DNA of 48,605 nucleotides, from positions 27,925,027 to 27,973,631 of the forward strand of contig CM119263.1 of assembly GCA_051294375.1 (NCBI GenBank), read 5' to 3'. Positions within the stretch are counted from its first letter, which is position 1, and each line of letters starts with the position of its first letter. Below, one piece after another: positions 1 to 10,489 of this stretch. A program made the position numbers and the translations under genes. Under the pieces are notes generated by a model. The model was not told the origin of the DNA and ran no database searches. It was given only the letters and a program-made list of their open reading frames with translations. Origin of the DNA: Paraspadella gotoi. Taxonomy: Eukaryota > Animalia > Chaetognatha.

Positions 1-282
1 CTCTCTCTCTCTCTCTGGCTCTCACTCTTTATTTATTCCAGTACAGAGACCTTATTAATCATGCTTTATGTCAGTCATGCTTTAAATGTGAATCCATACT
101 TACTTGTCGGTGCAGAAAACTCGGTTCATTTAAAACTTCTCATTCGCGAACATTCACCCAAAAATATCTCGATTAGTCTTTGTTTAACAAACTTTTATAA
201 CTCGTCCCGATCATAAATTGATATAACGATGCGATATCCTTCCTCAAGGTAGAGTTACAGAAGTTACTCAGCATCGTCGGCG

Positions 283-408
283 TCATCATCAGCATCATCA
301 CCATCATTGTCATCTTTATCATTCGTCATCAACATTAACATCATCATCATCATCATCATCTTCATTATTGTTATCATCATCGTCATCGTCGTCATCATCA
401 TTATCATT

Positions 409-473
<65 letters not shown>
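283..473. repeat. (ATC)n microsatellite
   Basis: Long CAT run; source of the poly-M and poly-I ORFs. Confidence 0.97.
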
Positions 474-586
474 GCACCCATCAACCAGTACCGTGCAATA
501 CTCTTTCATGCGCCTTCTCCCCTACTTTTTTCTAGTCACTACTCGTAATTTATTCGATCGAATTTGACTGTGAACATTTTACTCAC

Positions 587-604
587 CGATCGACAAATTC
601 GGCG
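587..604 (-). CDS. Candidate 18-nt microexon downstream of the Ig half-exons
   Basis: The minus strand reads CCTAAC (branch point), a pyrimidine tract, then TTTAG|CGCCGAATTTGTCGATCG|GTGAGT. The length is a multiple of 3. In phase 2 to 2 it adds (S)AEFVD(R) with no stop. Confidence 0.5.
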
Positions 605-1610
605 CTAAAGGATAATGACGAAATCAAGAAAAAAATGAACGTTAGGAGGCGCTATATTCTATGACTTTATGCACAAAAAACAAAAGGCTGACGATAAGAA
701 TGCATATAAAAGATGAAATTTGAAATAAAAAAATCCATACTTACTTCGAGCCATATATACCTTCTCTCATCTCATATTTACCTTTGTCGGGAAATTGTTC
801 AATAGCATAGTTATCTTACATATCATTTCTTGAGTTTATCACAGAAATAAAGTACTTGAAATACAACGATTTACTTCGTTTTTACAATAAAGAAAAACAA
901 TCGGTGCTCACGTTCGTTTTGCTTATCAAATCAAACGATTACCGTAGAAAAGCGATTAAGTTAGAATTAAAGAGAACAATTTAGTTCAGTGAAAACTCAC
1001 TACAATGAAACAACGCGTGAGTATTAAGACTGTGATATTAGAGAAAGATAAAGAAGGGAGCAGATTTGAAGAACTCAAAAAGTAAAAAAAAAAGAATCTA
1101 GGGCAAGGAGACCGAATGAGAATTACTCGAGGATAAATAAGAAACGGAGAAGCGGAGGAACCCCGGATGTAATAAAACCTCAAACTAACAAAAACATAAT
1201 GGTCAAATGAGGTTTGGTTAAAAAGGCATACATTTCCCAAAAATGCTATGAACACTTCGTCTGAAATCATGCGGTCGATTTGGATTTAATGTCGTCACTC
1301 TTACCGATTTTTTTTTATGGCCTCGAGAAAATTAGAACGAACCAATGAGTATTGGGTGACAAACTAGTCTCGAAGACATTTTTTATTGGCTTTTTCAGCT
1401 TAAACTAATATAAAAAATGATCAAAGAGACAAAGAAATAAAAAGAAAAGAAAATAAAGGGAAAAAAAAGAAATAAATGAATAAAAAAAAACAACGAAAAA
1501 AACAAAAACAAATAACAAAAGCTCCCTGTCGCCTCGTTTCGAAATTCCTACCTCTTTCCCGCCTCTCGTCCTCATATCCTTTACCCCAACTTCCCCCGAA
1601 TCTAACTTAC

Positions 1611-1779
1611 CTCGGAATCGAGCCTTGCCGATTCTCCAGTATTTCTTGGTCATACTGATTATACCACTTGAGGTCGTCGGGCGGATCCTCACCCTTCGGG
1701 TAGCAGGTGAACACCATGCTTTCTCCCAGATTCCCGCGAACCTCGGGAAGGTTCGGTTCAAGTCTTAAATACGAGCATG
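1611..1779 (-). CDS. Internal coding exon A: N-terminal half of an Ig domain, NCAM/Fasciclin-2/apCAM-like cell adhesion protein
   Basis: 169 nt. The acceptor is a T-rich tract followed by ...GGCGCAG| and the donor is CCGAG|GTAAGT; phase 1 to 2. It translates as xCSYLRLEPNLPEVRGNLGESMVFTCYPKGEDPPDDLKWYNQYDQEILENRQGSIPR, with the Ig A-strand LxLxP, B-strand FTC and C-strand LxW. It resembles NCAM1 Ig1 (GESKFFLC...ISW) as I recall it. The exact acceptor could differ by a few codons. Confidence 0.88.
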
Positions 1780-2461
1780 CTGCGCCACCGTACCGAAAAA
1801 CAAAAAAAAAAGGGAATCGAACCAAAAAAATAAAAACCCAAACTGAAATGTTTTGTTTTTTTTTAAACCGGGAATGAGGTCCACTGGTTCATGCTTGTAT
1901 CTTAAATGGGGAAAGAAAAATCACGCCAAAAGCGAATTCGGTTTTACTAAAACCGTCGCTCGTTCTCGATATAACGAAGTCGTTTGAGTTCGTTATAACG
2001 AAATAAACGAAATTTAATGAAAACAAAATTTAGGGGGGAAACTTTTCAAGGAATAATGGGTTAGGAATGGGAAATAAGGTAAGGGATAATAAGGAAATTA
2101 GGGAAGGGAAGAAACATAAGGGGGGAAATCTTAAGCGGGTAAGTAAAGTAAGGAAGTAAGGAGAAAGATTTTGGTGAGGTGCAGAGTGAAAACGATGACA
2201 TTTAAACATGCAACATAGAAAACCTGCGCAACGATAACATGCGACATAAGAACATAGAACATTGTGCAATGGCATACGAATTTAGTTAGAAAGACCAGTA
2301 TGTTAATGTGTTACAAGAACGACAAAAAAATATTAGTATGAAAATATATATTTTTTCCCCGAGGAGAAACAAAAGCCGGAGCCCGCCGATAAAAAATAGC
2401 GCCGGGCGAAGAAAAAGTAGCGCCGGTAACGTGGCCGGCGTCGGAGAGCCGGAAACGTTAC

Positions 2462-2639
2462 CTCTCGGTGCCCGCGACGCCGGGGCGTTTTATGGCGACG
2501 CCGTCTGGTCCGAGCCACTGAAGGTCGGTGGGGAAATCGTCGGTGCCACGCGCCGTGCACGTGAAGAACATGTTGGCTTTGAGGGGCTTGAGAAAGACGT
2601 CCTCCGTGGGGGTGATGCTGAGCCATCCCGGCTCTGGGG
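2462..2639 (-). CDS. Internal coding exon B: paralogous N-terminal half of the same Ig domain (frame not in the ORF track)
   Basis: 178 nt, acceptor GTTTTCAG| and donor GAGAG|GTAACG, phase 1 to 2. It translates as xPEPGWLSITPTEDVFLKPLKANMFFTCTARGTDDFPTDLQWLGPDGVAIKRPGVAGTER. The pattern LxIxP..KP....TC....DLQW resembles insect Fasciclin 2 Ig1 as I recall it. It is a GC-rich island in AT-rich flanks. Confidence 0.88.
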
Positions 2640-3350
2640 CTGAAAACGCCCCGTTTTTTTGTTTGTTTGTTTTTTTTAGGTTATATTAAAATTTTTGTTA
2701 ATTTTTATTGTCGTTTAATTTATTTTCGGTAATACGACAGGAATAGTTAAACGAGTAATAGTAATAGAAACGAATATATATTTCCGAGTGATAGTTTATG
2801 AAAAAAGAACGGAGAAAAAAAGGAAAGAATAAGGAAACATTAGTGCTGGAATTAAGTATTTGCTTTGAGTCAATAATTAATGAGAATTTTTTTTTTTTGC
2901 TAAAGGTGAATGTAAAAAAAAACATTTAAACGCGATTCGCCTGTTTTGACTCATGGACAGATTTGACTGATTGTACGAGTGCGAAACTTAATCACCAATT
3001 ACGAATAAAAATTACGGGTTTTAAACTACATGTATATAATGTAAGTTCCTTTCACCGAAACAAGGAGTTTAATGAGTTGAACGTGATCGGTATTCACGTA
3101 AAATAATAAAAAAAGGAAGTGAATTTGATTTCACGAGAAGCGAGTGAGTCAGTTGTGAAGGCGTGAGAGACAGAGGGGGGACTAATCTCAGGGGTGAAGA
3201 TTTTAGATAAAGTGGGGGGGGAATTGATCTTGGGGGTGACTTATTTTTAATTTGGGAAGAAAATCTGGATGAAGTTATTTCACGTTGAGCCGCGTACAAG
3301 AGTTAATACCGTAATTAAGTCATTTTTGGACAAATTTTACATTTAATTGT

Positions 3351-3351
<1 letters not shown>

Positions 3352-3402
<51 letters not shown>
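3352..3402. repeat. (AG)n microsatellite
   Basis: Dinucleotide run. Confidence 0.97.
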
Positions 3403-3406
<4 letters not shown>

Positions 3407-3726
3407 ATATCTAAAATGAATTAACGTTTATTTGAATTAATGATTCAAAAATGAATCGATTTTTCACGAGCCAAAAAACCCTCAAGTTTCCAAATGACAA
3501 ATAATCAAAAGGGACAGAGATGTAGGCTAACTATGGAAATGAGAGAGATAAAGCTAATAACCTAATTAAACAATTTGCTAATAGGCTTAGGAATAAATTA
3601 AAACGGATTTACTAATCTTTATCCTTGTCGATCATTGACGATCGAAATTACAGGCTGAAAAATTTTCTCACCGAAACATTTTTCCATTTCCTCCGATGAC
3701 AATCTAATTTGAAACGCGGGCCTTCG

Positions 3727-3866
<140 letters not shown>

Positions 3867-4336
3867 CCAAATCCCATGTGTCACCTTTTGTTAATTGGAG
3901 CAAACGCGGTGAACCGCGAATCGACGATCAAATTCGAAAACAAAACAACAACAACAAACAAAAACAACACGACGTTGGTGACCGCTCGGCACGCGTCAGT
4001 CGGGTGCGTCGGCCGAATCGGCAGACCGTGGCGAGTCACGTGACCCGCAGCCCCGTCCCTCCCCGGTCACTTTCGCCGCGTTAATCATCGAGCGGAGTCA
4101 GTGACGCCGAGACGACTCTCGTCGTAGTCGTTTGTTTGTTGTCATCGTCGTCGTCGTCGACGTCGCGTGGTTTCCTTTCCTTTCCTTTCCTTTCTTCCTT
4201 TTGCTTCTTCGAGGCGGCCGCGCCAATCTTCTCCTAAAGATGGCGTTTCCCGTCTTGACAGATGGAGACAAAGTTTGGACAAAACTCGGGGTTTTTGAGG
4301 CTAAGAAGATGGATAATTCTAACAGCAGAGAGGCAA

Positions 4337-4338
<2 letters not shown>

Positions 4339-4417
<79 letters not shown>

Positions 4418-4559
4418 ACAGAGAGAGAGAGATAGAGAGAGAAAGAGAAAGAGAAAAAAGCTCTAGTTTCACGTGAGGATTTTCTTCATTTCACTTTACT
4501 CAATGAAGAACGAGGCAGTTAAACTAAATTGTTCAACGTTTCCAATGTTATTAAGAACT

Positions 4560-4648
<89 letters not shown>
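4339..4648. repeat. (AG)n run followed by (CT)n run
   Basis: (AG)n at ~4339-4455 and (CT)n at ~4560-4648. Confidence 0.95.
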
Positions 4649-4649
<1 letters not shown>

Positions 4650-4874
4650 CCACCTCCCAGCATTCTTCTAACGAGACTTTTCATGATAGCTCTCCTACTT
4701 CAGCGGGAGACGAATTTTTTTTCTCCTTCGATTTGGATGTCAAGAGAGAAAAAATCAGCGGGGGGATATTTTTCCCAAGCGACGCCGTCGTCGCTGTGTC
4801 GTCGTCGTCACGACATCGTTGTCGTTCGTCACTCGTCGTCGTCCTGGTCGATGATGTTCTGGTTGTTATTAATG

Positions 4875-4998
4875 TGAATGAATGAATGATGAAATGAATG
4901 AAGAATGAATGAATGAGATGAATGAATGCAATGAATCAATACAATCAATCAATCAATGAATCAATCATCAATCAATCAACGAATCAAATAAATCAATC
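4875..4998. repeat. (ATGA)n/(ATCA)n tetranucleotide repeats
   Basis: A degenerate ATGA run switches to AATC. Confidence 0.85.
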
Positions 4999-5599
4999 CC
5001 CAGCGATAAGCACTATGTGCCGAACAGTTTTCCTTTATATTCCATATTTGACTCTGGCTGGTTCGCTCACCATAACCTCGTTTGTTCGCAAACTCGCACA
5101 ATCGCGGCAACAAACATCTTTTAAACAAGTTTTATTGAGTTCTATTTCCAGAGCGGCTCCTCCGAACAAGTCATGTAATCCCTTACAAATCGCCTCCCCA
5201 GGGGGCGCGTTATTGCTTAGGGTGCGGCTCCGCGGTGGCCCAGCGGGCGTGCCGGGGGGCAAAGCAACCTTACATGCGCTTAGGGGCGGCCCCCTGTACT
5301 CGTCTTTGATTTTGGGCCCACAGGGCCACTCCAGGGGAATCCCAAGGGCTGAGAAGAACCTGTTCCCCTTGGGGCTCACCCGCCGGAGGCAGAATTTGCC
5401 TGCCGCCCTGGAACGGCTCTCTTCCTCCTATTTCTCTCTCTCCCTCTCCTCCTTTCTCTCTCTCCTCGCTCCACCTCTCTCTCATCTTTCTCTATCTCTT
5501 TTTCTTTTTTCATTCTTTTATTAAAAATAAAATTATAAAAATAAAATAATATTTTTCACGTTCAATTAATCAATCAATGAACCAATAGTTGCGCCAATA

Positions 5600-5860
5600 C
5601 CAATATGCATAATTTGGTAAAACGCATAATTTAGTCAAATGACATTGGCATATTAGAGCTCTCGAGTTAGCATGGCACGAACAGGGGATAAGAGCGGTAG
5701 GCGCGAATGACAGCGAATCTGATATATTTGGTCAACTTTTTAAAATTGATAAAACTTGCCATAATTTGTAAAACTTGCATAATTTGGTAAACTTGCATAA
5801 TTTAGACACTTGGATCAATTTGGTCAACTTGCATAATTTGGTCAACAATCAGACTTAACA
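5600..5860. repeat. ~19-bp minisatellite (AACTTGCATAATTTGGTCA) within a dispersed AT-rich repeat
   Basis: Several near-identical units lie at 5750-5846, with degenerate ones from ~5605. The same unit and the following flank (TTCAAGT..AATGTGACT..TTTTTCCATTA) recur at ~23015-23200. It may be a MITE or DNA-transposon arm. Confidence 0.7.
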
Positions 5861-6916
5861 ATTAAGCTAATTATTTTTCATCTGTGAGAATAGAAAGAAA
5901 GAAAGAGTGAGAAAATTTTTTAAATTAAAATTCAAGTAATGTGACTTTTGTTTTTTCCATTAAAACTCACTTTAATTGCACCTTTTTTTACCAACATACA
6001 AAATTGTTATCTTAATTCATCTATGAATTTTAAAATAGTAGAATAAAGAGTAGGATGGGGTTTTTTTAAATTCACTTATAAAAAATAATTAATTATTAAT
6101 TAATTAATTAATATTAATATCAGTCTTTAAGTCTTCCCACAATTAAGCATTAAACTCAAATTATATTGTGAATTAGATATATGGATTGGAATGAAATCCT
6201 TGTGTGTGGGCTAAGAAAAGTGTGTGATTGAGCTCGATATAAAGTTTTGCTACTCTCTCTCTCAAACCATCAGCCTTTCCTCAACAACGTGAGTTCATCA
6301 AGAGGGAATCTATATACCAGACAATTGTTTAATTACAAATCTTAAAATGAAAAAATTTATTTCACGATGTGAACTCATTTAAATGTTGTCATGAATTAAA
6401 ATCTTGATGAATATATTTTTTTTTGGGGGGACTCCATAATTTCACTAAGTTAGATCGTCGATTAACTGCCTATTAATTTGTTTATTTAATGATTTTATTT
6501 AATTCTTTTTTGGAAACATCAAATTAATGATATTTTTTTTTAAACAATTATGTTTCTCTCCTATCAGTCCATCAGTATGTCCATCCCAAAAAAGAAAAAA
6601 AAAAGGAAAGAAAAAAAAAGAACAGAATGACTGATTAGCTTCTTACCACTAAATATTGTGGCCACGTTATCCATTGTTGCTCAAACTTTGTTTCTATATC
6701 TTATTAATTAAATAAAATAATTAAGTTCAAAAATACAAAAATTATAATTTAGATAAAATATGGAATAAACCGAGTTAACAATAATTTTTAAAAAATGTAT
6801 ACTTTTTTTTAGTTACATAGAACAAGTCTTGAAGATTGAAGAGAGAGAAAAAAGATATTTAGAGAGAGAAGAAAAGAGAGAAAGAAAAAGAAAAAAAAGA
6901 AAAAGAAAAAAAAGAG

Positions 6917-6961
<45 letters not shown>

Positions 6962-9252
6962 GAGAGAGAGAGAGAAGGAGAGAGAAAGAAGAAAAGAGAG
7001 AAAGAGAGAGTAACAGACAGGGAGAAGATTCTCAGATACAATAACATTGTCCAGAAAGTAATATTTTTTTATCTAAAACTTTGCTCTGCTCTTAACCGCC
7101 CCAGGGGGAGCACTTTTTTTGCTCGCCCAAGGGGTTATCCATCCGGCTTGGGTTAGCGGTCTAGGTCATCGACCAGGTGGGGCACCGATAGTGTGATGTA
7201 TGGCTAGCCCAGGGGATCTAAGAGGGAGCTACGCGGCTCTTCCAGGCCCCGTGAGGGTGGCGCGTGGGCAGAGAATCATTGAAGAACATGATACTATATA
7301 GGGGTCTAGTTTAAGGTGTAGACGAGGCCATGCGGCTACTCCGCTCTCAATGAGCCTGCGTGAGGCCCATAGTTTCTGCACCCACCTGGAATAGTTCCTG
7401 CCCCTGGTGATGAGTCGCGCGTAGAGACGAGCGTGGGGATTGCCGCCCTAGAGCCACCAGCCCCGCGGGGGCGGAGGATTTGGGAGATGGACATATCTCC
7501 CTCCGAACGGCCCCCGCCCCCACGCCCCCCCCCTTTTCCTTTGTTGATCTCCTAAGTGTTATATTTCCCAAAGAAAAAAAAAAAAAAAATATGGCAGAGA
7601 ACAGTTAGTCTGCTTCTCTCTCTCTCTTTCTCTCTCTCTACTCTCCTCTCTCTGCTCTCTGCTCTCTCTCTCTCTCTCTACATCGCTCTCTCTCATTAAA
7701 TATATCGAGTAAGTAATTACATTTGTTTGTTCCATTTTATTGTTATTCCGTTTCGCGTTTTCCTTCTACTCGTTAGTATCCGTACAATGTAGGCTCTACT
7801 CTCTCTGCTCTCTCATCTCTCGTCTCCGTCTCCTTCTCTCCCTCTTCTCTTCCGTCTCTCTCAATCGTCTCTCATCTCTATCTCTTATCGTCTCTCTCGC
7901 TCTCTCTCTACCTCCCCCACCGGAAGAGACTCGGATGCGCCCACTCTCTCGCAAAATCCGCCCACCGTTCTTTCCGGAAAAATCCTCTTTTCCGCTCTAC
8001 ATTTCGCTCCGTGAGTCTTTTCTATAATTCACAATCGTCTTTCACCTGTTCGTGAAAGAGAAAGTGAGTCGAGATGAGAGAAGCGCAGTGAATCTGGATT
8101 ACCGACGGCGAATAATACTGTGAGAAATATTGTGCAATTAATCAAAGGAAATAGGATTCTGTCAATGACTGACAAGAGATAAATGTCATGGAATTTATCA
8201 TTTTAGTTGTTCCTTAACATTATCATTAATTTTTCGGAAATACCGGATTCTTCTCCGACCAGTGAAATTTATTATTAAATTGTTTTATTAAATTTATTAT
8301 TAAATCGTTTTACAATCGTAAAAAAATATACAATTTACGTGTAAATAATTATAAATTATGATTAATCTTTCCCTACAACTTTCCTTTTGACAGATTCAAT
8401 GCGCATNNNNNNNNNNNNNNNNNNNNNNNNNNNNNNNNNNNNNNNNNNNNNNNNNNNNNNNNNNNNNNNNNNNNNNNNNNNNNNNNNNNNNNNNNNNNNN
8501 NNNNNNNNNNNNNNNNNNNNNNNNNNNNNNNNNNNNNNNNNNNNNNNNNNNNNNNNNNNNNNNNNATTACGAGAGAAGGAGACGTCATGAAAACTAGAGA
8601 GTTGGAGGACATTTTGACGACGTTTAACTCATCAACGGATAATGAAACCAGGATGTAATTTATGTAGTGCGTAAAACCACACCGGTTAAAATAAGATAAA
8701 CCAGACAGAGAAAGAAAATACCAGTATGTAATAGACGAATTCAGGTTGAAGAAACTGCGCCAAATAGAAAATAACAAACAAACAGCAACTCGAGCCTTTA
8801 TTCATTTGCAAAAACAAAAAGCGAAACCCCGGATGAGATAGAAAGAAGCGCAAGGATTGTGTTTGACGCAAAATGAGATGTTTCATGTTGCGGTTTAAAA
8901 AAAAAAATTGGTTGTCGTCTTCTTGTTTTACGTCGAATTATAAGAGGAGGTTTTGGGCGATAATATTTGGAGAGTGGGAGAGAGGATAAGCGAAGGAGGA
9001 GTGAGAAGAGAAGGGGAGATGGAGGAGAAAAACAGTAATATAACGAGAAGAGAGAAAAAGAGGACAATATAAAATAGGATAGGATAAATTAGACAGAATT
9101 AGACAGAAGCGAGCAGAAACAAAACCAAAGGAAAAAAAATTATAATTTTTTTTTTGCAGGAAGGTGTGTATAAATAATTTATCCTTTTCATCAATCTTCA
9201 CTCCATCCCTTCCCTTCCTCCTCCCCCTTTCTCCCTTACCAATTGACCTTAC

Positions 9253-9396
9253 CTTTCCCCACCTTCCATTACCAGTCGCGTGCCGTCGCCTCTCGTCATA
9301 ACGGCGTCATTAACCCTTGGAGAAAAAATCCCGCCCTTACCTCGAGGGACAAAAAATGTTGGCCCCCGGGGGAATAGGGTTCTCGTGGGGCGGCCT
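9253..9396 (-). pseudogene. Candidate degenerate or error-containing Ig-like exon
   Basis: It has a CTGAC branch point, a pyrimidine tract, a CTCCAG| acceptor and a GAAAG|GTAAGG donor ending in E-R at phase 2, like exon B. With a few single-base indels it reads ANIFV(TC)EVRAG...TPL(W)TRGDGTRLVMEGGER. As assembled, the Cys and Trp codons are not intact. Confidence 0.35.
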
Positions 9397-9500
9397 CTGG
9401 AGTAGAGAGGGTCAGAGGGGAGCAGGAAAATTTCCGTGGGGACATTCAACGAGGAAACGAAGAATGAAATTTGCGAGAGACGACGACGACGATGAGACGA

Positions 9501-9534
<34 letters not shown>

Positions 9535-10489
9535 TTACGAGAACATCAAATTTTGTCTCTCGCACAAATTTCGTTTTCTCTTCTCAAAGATGAGATTCTC
9601 TCTTTTGTTTACTATTCCTTTTCTTCCTNNNNNNNNNNNNNNNNNNNNNNNNNNNNNNNNNNNNNNNNNNNNNNNNNNNNNNNNNNNNNNNNNNNNNNNN
9701 NNNNNNNNNNNNNNNNNNNNNNNNNNNNNNNNNNNNNNNNNNNNNNNNNNNNNNNNNNNNNNNNNNNNNNNNNNNNNNNNNNNNNNNNNNNNNNNNNNNN
9801 NNNNNNNNNNNNNNNNNNNNNNNNNNNNNNNNNNNNNNNNNNNNNNNNNNNNNNNNNNNNNNNNNNNNNNNNNNNNNNNNNNNNNNNNNNNNNNNNNNNN
9901 NNNNNNNNNNNNNNNNNNNNNNNNNNNNNNNNNNNNNNNNNNNNNNNNNNNNNNNNNNNNNNNNNNNNNNNNNNNNNNNNNNNNNNNNNNNNNNNNNNNN
10001 NNNNNNNNNNNNNNNNNNNNNNNNNNNNNNNNNNNNNNNNNNNNNNNNNNNNNNNNNNNNNNNNNNNNNNNNNNNNNNNNNNNNNNNNNNNNNNNNNNNN
10101 NNNNNNNNNNNNNNNNNNNNNNNNNNNNNNNNNNNNNNNNNNNNNNNNNNNNNNNNNNNNNNAATTTATTTAGTTACGAATTAATAAAGTTAAGTATTAA
10201 TTTAATTATATGCTTTAAGTTCGAAACTAACGACCGCAAAATTAGGTTTATCAAATTATATTTACGTATTGAGTAGAAGACATTAATAAATATTTAAGGA
10301 TCGCTTTCATCATTTGCATTCTCGTTCATCAATCTCACAATTCACTCTTCACTCACTCCTCAATCACTCACATCATCGTTCACCGGTTTTTTTATTTTTT
10401 GCCAGATAATCATCGTGAACAAACAAAAACGATGACGAAGCAGAAAAGGAAACGAAAGTAACGAGAGAGAAAAAAATGTGAAAACTGTG

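Noticed and set aside
264-567. Poly-Met and poly-Ile ORFs
   Set aside because: They are translations of the (ATC)n microsatellite.
1305-1321. Second possible microexon ending ATCG|GTAAGA
   Set aside because: It is 17 nt, has a GAG acceptor and contains a stop in phase 2.
2180-2275. Cys-rich CYRCAG stretch as the missing second half of an Ig domain
   Set aside because: It has no DxG before YxC, no LxI strand and no convincing splice sites.
2308-2643. ORF-track proteins 2308-2643 (+) and 2333-2626 (-)
   Set aside because: They are shadow frames of Ig exon B, whose real frame lacks a start codon.
4240-4337. Plus-strand AAGATGGCG start with AAG|GTGAGA donor
   Set aside because: The peptide is unrecognisable, the donor is formed by the edge of an (AG)n run, and no partner exon was found.
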